Both the position numbers and the translations under genes were made by a program. A DNA stretch of 64,000 nt from Ylistrum balloti (taxonomy: Eukaryota): assembly GCF_031769215.1 (NCBI RefSeq), contig NW_026782105.1, positions 186,001 to 250,000 of the forward strand. Reading direction: 5' to 3'. The notes beneath the pieces are model-generated. The model ran no database searches. It saw only the letters and a list, made by a program, of their open reading frames with translations, and was not told the DNA's origin. Shown one piece after another: positions 48,458 to 61,937 of the stretch (within the stretch, counting starts at the first letter, position 1; each line of letters begins with the position of its first letter).

Positions 48458-49577
48458 GTTGCCTTGTAACGTAATGAATATGTCAAATTATCGTTAAGTC
48501 CACACGAGAGATTGATCCTCACTGCCGAATCCGTCTGTTCACCAGAGTTCAAATAGTCGGTGTCGACAATGGGTGATTGTGAAATGTACCCGCAGTCATC
48601 GAGCATTCGCTGTCACGGGATGGGTACAGTGGTCACCTATATAGAGTTACACCACTGCAAATAGTGACTGATAACGTTTTCATCTGCATCTGAGTCGGTC
48701 CATGTGCCAGCTGAGGTGACCTTTCGTTATGTTATCATCCTTACAAACGTTCAACATATATGCGTTATCTAGAGATATGTTGACCTGTTGTATCGTGTCT
48801 GGTCTGAAGCAATGCCAGTCTTTATTACATCCATAATCAGTTTATGATATGGTAGGATTGTGTGATATCAGGATTGGCCTAATTGAGTGACTGAGCAAAC
48901 GATGTCGTGAAGTCGACTAGCTGTAACTCGCATACCACACCTACAACTTTGGCTCTGTTTTAACTACGTATAGCATAATAATACAGTGTAGTACACAGGA
49001 GTAATTGCTTGTTGGGTGTCCTATCAAGTACAAACTGAAGCATCATTGATCAGTTTACACTGAAATGAAGATTCGGCGTTTAAAGAGACAACGCTGCACA
49101 GAAGACTTGTTTTGGGAGATATTTTATCATAAATCTTATTGGTCTTAAACGCCGTCGGCGTCTGTCTTATATATTTTGTATGGGAGTGTTGGGTAAGTTT
49201 TTGTAACTAACGAATGAATAATTCCAATTTATGTTTATAAGGGAAATAAAGAAATCAAAGAATCTGGGTGATACGCACTCCGTTATAAAACAGAATGCCG
49301 CAAAAGTATCAAAGTCGAGAGACGACAGAGTAGATAGGTAGGACTCACTAATTACAAAATTCAATCAATTTTAAGTCTTTCGATATCGAACCGATAATTC
49401 GTTCTTCTAGCACTCAGCTACAGGTAACCAGACAATTGGTAGATAATGGTAAACTGGAGAAATAGAACAAGTAGTAAAGGAGGTGGTCGGCGGGAAAACG
49501 GTATCAATGATGGATTGATTGGCGAAAATAACAAGAGAGGTAAAATGGATAGAAAGGAAAAAAATGACAAGGAGAAG

Positions 49578-51772
49578 AATAGCAGGATTAGTGGTGACAG
49601 GAGAAATTATTAGGAGGATTAGTGGTGACAGAAGGAATGGATAGCAGGATTAGGGGTGACAGAAGGGATGGATATCAGGATTAGTGGTGAGAAGAGAGAT
49701 GGATAGCAGGATTAGTGGTGACAGAAGGGATGGATAGTAGGATTATTGGTGACAGGAGGGATGGATAGGATTTATGATGAGAGAAGGGATGAAGGCAAGA
49801 TTAGTGGTGACAGAAGAGATGGATAGCAGGATTATTGGTGACAGGATGGATGGATAGAATTTATGATGAGAGAAGGGATGAAGGCAAGATTAGTGGTGAC
49901 AGAAGGGATGGATAGTAGGATTATTGGTGACTGAAGGGATGGATAGTAGGATTAGTGGTAACAGGGGGGTTGGATAGCAGGATTAGTGGTGACAGAAGGG
50001 ATGGATAGGATTTATGATGAGAGAAGGGATGAAGGCAAGATTAGTGGTGACAGAAGAGATGGATAGCAGGATTATTGGTGACTGAAGGGATGGATAGCAG
50101 GATTATTGGTGACTGAAGGGATGGATAGGATTTATGATGAGAGAAGGGATGAAGGCAAGATTAGTGGTGACAGAAGGGATGGATAGTAGGATTATTGGTG
50201 ACTGAAGGGATGGATAGTAGGATTATTGGTGACAGGATGGATGGATAGGATTTATGATGAGAGAAGGGATGAAGGCAAGATTAGTGATGACAGAAGGGAT
50301 GGATAGTAGGATTATTGGTGACTGAAGGGATGGATAGTAGGATTAGTGGTAACAGGGGGGTTGGATAGCAGGATTAGTGGTGACAGAAGGGATGGATAGG
50401 ATTTATGATGAGAGAAGGGATGAAGGCAAGATTAGTGGTGACAGAAGAGATGGATAGCAGGATTATTGGTGACTGAAGGGATGGATAGCAGGATTATTGG
50501 TGACTGAAGGGATGGATAGGATTTATGATGAGAGAAGGGATGAAGGCAAGATTAGTGGTGACAGAAGAGATGGATAGAATTGGTTGTGACCGGAGAGACG
50601 GATAGCAGGATAAGTGGTGATAGGAGAGATGGATAGCAGGATTAATGGTGACCGGATAGATGGAAAGGATTAGTGGTTACAGAAGAGATGGATATCAGGA
50701 TTAGTGGCGACAGAAGGGATGGATAGGATTTATGATGAGAGAAGGGATGAAGGCAAGATTAGTGGTGACAGAAGAGATGGATAGAATTGGTTGTGACAGG
50801 AGAGACGGATAGCAGGATAAGTGGTGATAGGAGAGATGGATAGCAGGATTAATGGTGACCGGATAGATGGAAAGGATTAGTGGTTACAGAAGAGATGGAT
50901 ATCAGGATTAGTGGCGACAGAAGGGATGGATAGGATTTATGATGAGAGAAGGGATGAAGGCAAGATTAGTGGTGACAGAAGAGATGGATAGAATTGGTTG
51001 TGACCGGAGAGACGGATAGCAGGATAAGTGGTGATAGGAGAGATGGATAGCAGGATTAATGGTGACCGGAGAGATGGAAAGGATTAGTGGTTACAGAAGA
51101 GATGGATATCAGGATTAGTGGCGACAGAAGGGATGGATAGCAGGATTAGTGGTAACAGGGGGGTTGGATAGCAGGATTAGTGGTGACAGAAGGGATGGAT
51201 AGCAGGATTAGTGGTAACAGAGGGGTTGGATAGCAGGATTAGTGGTGACAGAAGAGATGAATAGAATTGGTTGTGACCGGAGAGATGGATAGCAGGATTA
51301 GTGGTAACAGGGGGGTTGGATAGCAGGATTAGTGGTGACAGAAGGGATGGATAGCAGGATTATTGGTTACAGGAGGGATGGATAGCAGGATTAGTGGTAA
51401 CAGGGGGGTTGGATAGCAGGATTATTGGTGACAGGAGAGATGGATAGCAGGATTAGTGGTGACAGGAGAGATGGATAGCAGGATTATTGGTGACAGAAGG
51501 GATGGATAGCAGGATTATTGGTTACAGGAGGGATGGATAGCAGGATTAGTAGTAACAGGAGAGATGGATAGCAGGATTAGTAGTAACAGGAGAGATGGAT
51601 AGCAGGATTATTGGTTACAGGAGGGATGGATAGCAGGATTAGTAGTAACAGGAGAGATGGATAGCAGGATTAGTGGTGACAGGAGAGATGGATAGCAGGA
51701 TTAGTGGTGACAGAAGGGATGGATAAGATTAGTGATGAGAGAAGGGATGAAGACAGGATTAGTGGTGACAGC
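49578..51772. repeat. Minisatellite, about 31-bp unit (GGATAGCAGGATTAGTGGTGACAGAAGGGAT), about 70 copies, with higher-order structure
   Basis: The variant monomer TTTATGATGAGAG recurs at 49771, 49860, 50011, 50131, 50251, 50402, 50522, 50729 and 50936. Confidence 0.97.
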
Positions 51773-52559
51773 AGACAAGACGGACAACAGCTATATTGTC
51801 GATGTATATGTTCCTGTTTCCTGTTATTCCTATTCAAAGTCATATTGATAGTCTATAAACGTACACATTCTTTTTACAACAATTTAACTCGATTGATGAA
51901 GTACACAAATGACGTTTGGGTATTACTGAATCTTCGAGGCACTATTTAAAAGATACCGATTGATGTACGAAAAATTACAAAGTATTTAACTGAAATAAAA
52001 CGTGTCATGGACAAGAGATGATAGTGTTAAATATACATATCACAAGCTAGTAACCTGTGAACCTTAAACATCGACATGACAATGACCTCGTGAAATATGT
52101 ACTTTGTGGGAGCGTATAGGTGAGGCTAATTATAGATTATGGGATTAAACTGTGACGTCAATTTCGGTGCATATCGTTTCACAAGTGATCTTCACTCTCG
52201 CCGGGATTATACAGGTTTCTGTGCGCGTGGACATCAGAGGCCTTGGAATTATTATCTTTGTTACGTACAAAGTTGTTTGAACTGATCATGTAATTGGTTA
52301 TCATTTGATATTGAAGTCGTAAGTCGATTTCCGTGTCCAAAACACGGACAGATGTAGGAAACCGACAATTTCTGTGAACAGCTAGTTATAATCACAGCTA
52401 TGCGACCCCTCCCCACCCCCCGCCCCACCCCCACCCCCTTTGTTCTTTGTAACACAAATATGTATACATGTATCTGTATCTTAATAGGCATTAGACGAAC
52501 ATCATAATTACCCTTACACAAACCAAATCTAGATGGCCCCCCAACTCGAACGTTCAGGT

Positions 52560-53480
52560 TCTGGACACGTTTCTACTGCTAAAATTAGGATAAGGCATTA
52601 TTAGGCCTTGGAGCCGTCTGCAACAACTAGTATAATCAAAAGATCACCGCGATAGACGGTTCATTCCCACTGAGGAGGATACAGATCGCCCCCTAACGTC
52701 GCCAGAACACTGACGTTCGTCGGTGAGACGATACCCGCCCATGAGAGAAGGTACGGAGACGGAAAACCTGTCAATCAATCAATAAAAGAAGTCGTTTGAA
52801 CATTTTAGCACATTTGACGCATGTGACCTTCAAACAAACTTGGTAGTACTTCATCACAACATGATACAAACCCAGTACCATTGGCAAGTTTCAGTACTCG
52901 GGAAATCGGTATTACGTTGAAGCAAATGTTTGACAATTTCAACACATTTGACCTCTGTGTTCCTGAAGTGGGTCAATGTCGTTCACTTGAACAAAGTCTG
53001 TAACCCTTTATCACAGCATATTATCCGCCCAATATCGGTACATTTGATATTTCAGTTTTTGATAAGAAATCATGTGAAGATGTTTACATATTTGACCCGT
53101 CTGACATTGAAAATTGGTCAACGTCATTTATTTGAACAAATTCGGTAGACTTTCATCCAAGCTTGCTATATGTCTAAAGGGCATTTTAGTCATTAAAAAG
53201 TCATATGATGACTTTAATAAATTTGACCCCGAGACATTTGGCTGTTGAGAGGATTTTGTTTTGAAGACGATAACACATTCATCCCTTGTGACATTAGATT
53301 AAAAGAGGGACAAAGTCATTCATCTCAACAAACTTGCTCCATGCAGTGCTCCAGGCAAACATGCTACAGGCTTGATATCAGTACCCTGGACCTTTTCATA
53401 ACTGACCCCTGTTGACTTGAAAGTCCTTATTCCTGACGGAAGAGAGTTCTAAATACTTTGGGGTCTACTCTGAATAGAAA
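52560..53480 (+). mobile_element. Cluster of SINE-like 3' end ((TCAA)3 tail near 52770-52783) and degraded HINE-type internal repeats
   Basis: TCAATCAATCAA tail; recurring AACAAA(C/T)T(T/C)GGTAG..CTTCATC / TGACC motifs at about 150-190 bp spacing. Confidence 0.4.
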
Positions 53481-54519
53481 TATATTATCAGTGGCATGTT
53501 TTATAAGTGTTCTTCCATAAGAATTGAAATACAAGTATGTACATTGGCTACCATCCATTAAAAGGAAACTTTCACCTTTTTACCTATAATCACTGACATG
53601 ATAATTGTTTGATGATGTCTTGTAATTTTCTTTTTTTAATATTTGTTTTGTCTCTGTAAAGGAGCAGATTGTCTCTAAACTTTCATCGCCTAATAACTTT
53701 ATCTGTACTTTTGTTATTGTTTAAGTATAAGTACATTTATATATGACATGAACAAACTTCATCTCAAATTGGTTGTCAACTTATTTAAATAGGGAAGAAT
53801 TAAGATATTACTTTATTTATAAACACAATTACTAAGAGATGTGTATAAAAAAACCAACACAATCATTGTTGTTATTCAAACTTACATTATACAATTACAG
53901 CTTAATTATATCTCTATCACAACAAATCACACAGTCATCTGCAGAGATTGTGGAACATCATACATTTAAAGGTGTAATTGTCAAGAAAATCAAACATATA
54001 CATGTCATGAGTAATTTGGTTTAAATATTTTATTTTTCAAATTGTATTTACAATAATGACATTTATATATATTATATACAACTTTTCAAATGAACAGCAG
54101 ATAATATAAAAATAATGTTATTCAGAAGGAAAGTTTCTTAAAATAATTCAGTTACCTAATATTATTTCTTCTTTTCAAATCATAAGTTTTCCATTTCATG
54201 GGAATATAATTTACCATTACATGTCCATGTACCTGTACAGCATAGCTAAGTTGTTTTTTCAAGGCTACCTTATTTATTAATTGAATCATGAATTTTGCAG
54301 CATAACAAGAGAAATTTTCATGCTACAAACACAGGTCTCGTTTTGTGTAACCTGATCTTAAGATACCATGAATTTGTATGGCAAATGTCTCCTCTACTTT
54401 ACCATCAAAACTAAAACTTGCTTCATGCCATGATTTCCAACAAAATCTTCCATTGTAACGGTTACACAGAAGTTCTTTTTTTCAGATGTCTTTTTCACCT
54501 TGCCCAGTTGTAATGCTGC

Positions 54520-57500
54520 CTAGAATTCGTAAGTACACAAACCACAGTTGGTCACCTTAATGTCTGTGTTTGGTCGCTCATTCATTGTTTCCTGTCCCTC
54601 CATCTCCCTTAATGTTTCTGTCCCCTCGATGATTTGTCTGTAGAATATACATATATCACAATATGAACTAGATACAAATTTCAGTTTGAGGTCAACCAAT
54701 ACAAGAACCTGTCTCTGAAAAGATTTTTCTTCAAATTTATTTTATCTTCTTTACCACTAGTTCAATACACACTAGCCAACAATTATTTGGTCAATAAAAA
54801 ATTTTGAAATAAAAAGAAATCAATGAATCAATTAACAGCAATTAAGATAATTTATAAATAAATTAATGGATATTGACTTTGGAAGCTGAATGAACATTTA
54901 CTAATACTTCAATTTCAGACATGATAATTATCAAGTCAATTAGATTTTTCTTTATCGTAATTATACTAATTAATACTATTAATATATTAATATATACTAT
55001 ATATAGTTTGAGACCCAAATACCATAACTTATGATTATGTTGTCCCTAATGAACAAAATAAGGGGGAAAATCTAAATTAATGATGTCCAACCAAAATATA
55101 TAAAAAAATTAACAGTGATTTCTTTCCCTACACTGTTTGAAGGATCCTACAGGGTTGAAATGCCTCATTTACTTACCCAAATGCTACATATTTGGTGTCC
55201 ATCCACTTTGTTGGTTGCAATGTTATGTAGAATTGTGATCCATTGGTGTGGCGCCCTCTGCTGGCCATCCCAAGCATACCTCTCTTGGAATGTGACACTG
55301 CGAAATTCTCATCTGAATGAAATAATGTAAGAAAAATTATTAGAGGTATTTCTTAACTCAGTTTATTATCATTTAAGTTTATAAAGGCTGTTTGGTTGTA
55401 AAGTCATGGAGTCAATCTAAGAGAGATAATTTACAAGATAATTGCACTTACATATTTAAATGTCATGAAAGATTGGAAATCATTTTCCAAAATACTTACC
55501 TTCAAACACTGGTCCATAGATAGATTCCCCACCGTTACCTCGACTGTGGTATATATCTGAGAGCAAAATAAAAATGAAAAAATTCATCTCAGGTGAATTA
55601 CCATTGCAAATGAGATCAAACACAAATGGGCAAACTCAACATAGATTTTAAATGCTTTTACTGATAAATACAATAATAATGATGAGAAAAAATAATTGAA
55701 GGTAATTATCACAAAACTGGGGGAGGGAGGGGGGAGGGGGGGTACATATTTTAATGGTGTGACCATGTTTATCTTGCATTAAGCCCAAGAGGCACACACA
55801 TTAGTTCTGACACAAAGTCAGAGGGTGGAATTATTACAGAACAAAGAAAAAAGGCTTTGCAATTTTTCTAGAGAGCAATAACCATGGGCTTATTACTGGG
55901 GAAGGGCCTATTGCCAAATAAATAAAGGGAAATATACATGAAATCTCTGATATTGTTGATATTTAAACTTTCCTTAGTGTATGTCATACAGTAAAATGAT
56001 ACTTTTTCATATGATAACCACTGACTATGATGCTTACCTCCACCCTGTATCCAGCCATTGCGGACTATTCTGTGAAACAGTGAGTTTTGATAGTGTAGTT
56101 TGTAGTCGCTATCAGGGGATACTCCTTTTTCTCCCGTACAAAGTGCTTTGAAGTTTTCGCATGTTCTAGGAACTATGTCTGTAAACAACTAAAGTCACAA
56201 ATTTCCCAGTTAAAACAAAGGTTTAAAATGTATTTAGCTCTTTTGAACATTTTAAAACTTCTTCATCTCTCCTCTTCATTAACAAATACTTAAAAAAAAG
56301 TGATTCTGTAGGCTGAAATTACATTTCTTATTATGATTAACAAGATGACACAAAAATCAATTGATTATTGTTACATTATTTTGTCACTTACAACTAAAAC
56401 TGATTAACTAATCTTTGTTTTTCTCTTTAATTTGACAGCTGTCATATTCCAAAATCTGTTAACATATCATTATACATACACATTACACCACATTAGGAGA
56501 AAGTGAAAGGAAAAAATCAAGTTTTTTAAAAATAAGTGCATATCTATAATTGTGGCATTCTGTATTTATAGACATAAAACTACACATACCTCTATCACCA
56601 GACGACCCACCGCCTTCTCTCCTATTGATATGTCCATGAAAACATATTCATGCTGAAAAATTGAAAATTTATGTCTCATTCAACACCAAATTTCACACAA
56701 TTATGTGTATATTAACATATCAAGATATGAAGTTTGCATTTCGCAAACTATCTATAGAATTGAGCTTAACTGATCAACAAAGTTTTTTCATTAAAACAAA
56801 CAAATAATTTATAGGAGAAACAATTTCTGTAACTTCTAGCTAGCTTATTTCAATTTGAAGTCATCACATGTATGTCATATAGAAGTATTTTAATAAACTA
56901 GGCTACCAATGAAACACTGATATACGTACATTGTTAGAGTTTAGATGATTTTTATAAGACTCCTCTGTAAGTGTTGAGTACAAAGGCAATGGTCGAAATT
57001 CTTCAAACCCAAAATTTTCCTCTGCCCAGTCAATGAATTTTTCTGGACCTCCTAACAGCTCTCCATTCACAAAGCAAATGGCTTTATCCTCAAATGTCCA
57101 TGTTTCTCCTCGCAATTCCTAAACCAATTTGAACCATAATTTATAAAGAGGAAATATTCTTAAAGTATCTTGTATACAATGGAAAATAATTGATATTTTT
57201 ATAAAACATAACATATCTGCATGACCTTTTATTTATTACCTGATTTTGTGAAATATAGATAAAAGATATCCACATTTTTTGTGTTTGTTCAAGAACCCTT
57301 AACAAAGAAACAAACACATATATTTAAATTATGGCTATATCTGAGAACATTTTCTGAAGTAAAATGCTCCACTACTGCTATGTCAGGTTCTTCATTAAAT
57401 CTATATCACCATTCTTAACAATGTAAATTACATACACAAATGTATATATATATATATATAACAAATAAAAAAACTACTCATATCTTTACTAAGCCCCATT

Positions 57501-60500
57501 CAAAGCATCCATTACCGACAAAAACCAATTATCAACAAGCGAACCAGTAATTAATAAAGCCCCTTCATCCCAATACTCCAGGGTTTGCACTCACTATCGC
57601 TCTCTTCACCTCTGGAACATTTCATGGCAAAACTGAAGGTTCCATACCTGTGTGACACCTTGCAGATAACATGAGAAGATTACTTTGATACTTGATGTAT
57701 ATCAATTGAATATTGAGGTTTCATAACAGTATGTTGTACTGACTTTGAAGTTGGGTGTCAGTCCTTTGTAATCTTCAAAAAAGGTCAGTGTGTGATTGGT
57801 CAGGATTTTTCTTCTGAAACCTGCGCTTAACCAATCAAATTACTTGTGCCTTCAATTTTGCCAGGAAATGTTCCTGGGGTACAGAAAATGAAAGTGATTT
57901 TAACCCCTGGAGTATTGAGGATGAGAAATTATATTCTCATTTGGTTAGAGATGGGGAAGATATCAAATGATTTGATGACTTTGCTGCCATGTAAATACAT
58001 ATAAGTGAAATGTTGCATCAAATATTCATTTATCTCTTAAATAAACTGACTTAAATATTACATGGAAGTAATCATTGTATACTACACTTATTGATAATGT
58101 CTTTTTACTAAATCCTTCCCATCATACCTAGCTATTTTTGTCAAAAAATCTAAGAATACATGCAACTTAGAGACAGCAGCAACTAGTGTTATCATTTTTT
58201 GGTAGTAATAAATTTATATTTGGTTTCTTTTCATGTTTGTAAGCAAATCCTTGATAATCTAATTAAGATGTAATTTTAATGATATATGAAAAGATTTAAG
58301 AAAAAAAATCATGCACAATATTTATTAAAATATCTACATACTTTGTGAATGACTACCTTATTTGTGTAGTAATTAGTTAAATAATGGTACCATTACTAAT
58401 ATTACATGCAAAAGAATAGAAAAATTATAAGAATACATGTTCTGTTGATGAAACAAAATCACAATATACATACTAATATGTAGCACAATACATGTATATA
58501 TACTCTTAAGCTTACTGCCTCTGAACAATTATTCAAAGCTGTTTGTGCCTGTAATTAGTTGTTACCCTGTACAATAAAAGTGAATGAAATGTTTTTAAAA
58601 AATTGATACCGTGTAAAAATTACCTGAAATACTTTTCTTAATTCCTGAGAGAAAAGATATTTGTTAACTGAATACATTTTAGATGATAATTGTGTTGTAA
58701 AGATTACATTTGTATGTTTATTTGCATACATATAAACATAAAGAATAAACATGTATATGAGATAATATCTTTGTTGTAAAAATTTAAGAATTGGAAACAG
58801 TCTGACAAACCACCAGTTATTCATGTTTCTTCCTTGTGGTTTGTCTGGAATTGTCCGCTTATGAAAGGAATAATACAGATTTGTAATAACAATAACTTTA
58901 TCAACTCAATATTTCAAATATAAAATATGATAGTTTATCGTCAAGAATAATTATTATCATATAGTGTTAAGTCTGCATTGACACTAGAGTATTTTACCGT
59001 ATTTTTTTTCTTTAAACCACATAACAAATCAAGTTAACCTTTCATAATTTTATTTCACAAGTAAAATGTCCATCTAACAATAATGGAAGTCTGCAAAAAA
59101 TGACATGAAAATATAATTTTAAATTTAAAGGTAAAATGTTTACAAATGGTTACTGAATGATGAACAATAAACATGAAAAAATAATGATGTTCTCAATGTT
59201 GGGAGAGGTAATATAGTCTATAGTTAATTATGGTTTGGAAATATTTACCTTTCTCTTTGCATCAATGAACAGATCCCATTCAAACTCCAGCATGCCATTT
59301 ATGACAGGGTCAACAAATATATCACAACCATATTTGCTGACAAGATCCTACAAGACAATGGAACACAAGATAAACATATTACAAACAAGCAGTAATTGTC
59401 CGATCTCAAACTCATCTTGTAATTTACAGGGAAATACAATTTCATTACAAATGTGTAATATCTTATCATATTATCAATGATTAAATATGCATGTAAGTCT
59501 AATTTCATTCTTCTGATCTATGAGTAATAACAAAGAGTCACATATCAAAACCAGTGCCATATAATGATTAGAAACATGTTGTTTTATTTCTCTTTAAAGT
59601 ACTTGCTTCAAAACTGAAAATTGTGACAACTATCTGATCAACTTTACATTCATATGATGCTTTGAAAAAATATAATACAGAAATGTAATATCACAATCAT
59701 TCAGACTTTCATATGCTCAAGGTAGCTAAGTTCAGTCTTCAACATTCAACTATATAATCAAGAGCTGACAAAATATTCACGAGTGCTTGGCACAAAGAAT
59801 TTGTATATTACTACTTAATTGTACACGTACGTCAATTGGTACTAATAGTAATACCAAGTCTTCTCATCCCTGTCAACAATAGACAACACAATATAACAAA
59901 AGCACTATGTTGCTAGAGCTATTCAACATTGCACCTTCATGTAGCCTATCATATATATTTTTCTCAATGTCAGAGGTTTACAAGTCGATGAACTTATAAA
60001 CTTATGACAGGCCCATCACGATAACGCCAGATAATAAATCGACCGGTCAGTGGCCGCATGCTATATCTATGGGAGCAAATGGCTATTTTTATTGAAAGAA
60101 AACGTCAACAACTCATGTAATACATCATTTCTTCATTGCGTTTAAAAACAAAACTGGTTTTCAAGTTGAAACAACGCGTGTGAATACACATGATATAATA
60201 TTTCTTTCGTGTATCACCCACAATGTGCACCCGATGGTCTAAGCAATTCACTATGGCTCAAAATAACAACAAAAGATGAACGGCAAAACTACCACTTTAC
60301 AACATAAATCCTACCTTTCCTATGTCAACAAATATATAGAGCAATGAGTATTGAAGGAATCACTAATTCAACTATGATTTCCACTATTATGAATACAAAA
60401 AACTACTCACTAGCAAACAATGGCAACATAAACACACAAGTGAAGTTGAATGTTACCATTTTGAAAGACATTACCAGGGCATATCGGTTATCTTATATGT

Positions 60501-60622
60501 GAAAGGGTTTTTTCAGCTTTATATCCTAACTGAAATATTACCTCAAGACAGTATCGAGCTCTCTGATATGTAACATCGTTCAGTAAACCGTAGATCTCCA
60601 CTTTTTGCTCTGGAGCCGCCAT
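54520..60622 (-). CDS. PPIL6: Probable inactive peptidyl-prolyl cis-trans isomerase-like 6, about 297 aa, 8 exons
   Basis: Exons 60622-60542, 59347-59249, 57118-56930, 56652-56590, 56188-56038, 55556-55500, 55312-55177, 54637-54520. All GT-AG, 894 nt open. Has the PPIL6-specific N-terminal domain ([24 protein letters not shown]) and cyclophilin core ([50 protein letters not shown]). Confidence 0.95.
57565..57924. mobile_element. MITE of about 360 bp in a PPIL6 intron
   Basis: Inverted ends TCATCC-CAATACTCCAGGG and CCCTGGAGTATTGAGGATGA (19/20 with one indel). TSD not evident. Confidence 0.6.
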
Positions 60623-60627
60623 TGCTG

Positions 60628-60641
60628 TTTTCCTTGGTAAC
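60628..60641 (-). promoter_or_regulatory. RFX X-box-like site just upstream of the PPIL6 ATG
   Basis: Minus strand GTTACC-AA-GGAAAA, one mismatch to GTNRCC-N(0-3)-RGNAAC. PPIL6 is a cilia-associated gene. Confidence 0.5.
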
Positions 60642-61937
60642 GTGCTGTTGTACATCCGGTGCGTTCGCTTCACGCTATAAGATAGAAAACGAAGGGAAGT
60701 AACTCTGACTGGTTTATGTAAGTTTCTCTTTGGATCCTTTATTTACATGTACAACATGGGTCGATAACATGTAACTGTGAACAGATGTAATAAATATTAA
60801 TTTGTGAAAGATGTTTTTGTATGCCATTTTTTAATATTTTTGACTCTTTTTTTATTCAATGGATTTCAAAAGGTTGATGTCTGCTTTTATTGTTGAGAGC
60901 TAAAGTCTAAAATGCTTTGCCTAAGCGTAAGAACGTGACTGTATCCATTCATATGTATGATTGAAATAGAAGTTCCTGATCTGCCCATAAAAGGGTCGAG
61001 ATGAAGGACCGGTGAAGGACCTATATTCAACAGAGCATTAGATAATACCATTCGCGAATTAACAAACTGTGGGCAGATAATGACAAGCATCATCATTACA
61101 ACCATTCCATTTCAAAAGTTTAATGTAGAGGGGATCAATTCAATTTTTGAAGTATACACATCTATTTTACACATCAACAGTTGATAGTTATCTGGGTAAC
61201 GAAACTCAAAATTAAATTCACATTTTCTTATGGGAGGCAAATGATGAAGATAATTGTTGTTGTCTGAGAGAAATAAAAATCTTAAAATCTTGAAATCTTG
61301 CAAATGATGAAGATAATTAGGAACAAGTATATTGTGAACCCTATAGAAGGAAGAGACAGTTGCCAGGCCAGTTTCAAGGCTTAATGGCTTACACAAAGCT
61401 ACAGGAGAAGCGATGTTGATAGATACTGTCGCCTCTTATGAATTGAGACGAAGTTGTATACGTATAGATAGAATACCATTAGACATAGTCCTACAGTATG
61501 AAGGTATACGGAGTTAATTCGAATTCCAAGTATACGTTGTATCATACATACAGTTAACACGAATAAGGCATCGATATAATGTAAAGAGGATTATCAAGCA
61601 CGCTAAATAAAGCGTATTTTTCTCTGAAACAAAAGTACAGGGGAAAAAAGAGCAACTACCAGGCATTGGCGTGTTTTACTCAAAGCACCACATTGCATCG
61701 ACATAATGATCTACACTGCTGACGATCGATGGTACGCAAGGGAACACGACAAGTACCAGTCTGCTACAATATATATTGTATGATGAAACATTTCAATACA
61801 TAAGATGGTCCCGCCATTTTAAAAATTCTAACCTGACACAGTTTAGGGATGACTTTTAAAATGACCAGTAAATATCTGGGGGGATACTGTCTTTGAATAA
61901 TTGCACTGAAAGGATATCTTTGAGCTGATCTTACTTT

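Noticed and set aside
60950-61200. GEGPIFNRALD... weakly resembling a DNA-transposase relic, or an SMPD2 exon
   Set aside because: Only a few residues match, with stops; no NCWG or other SMPD2 motif.
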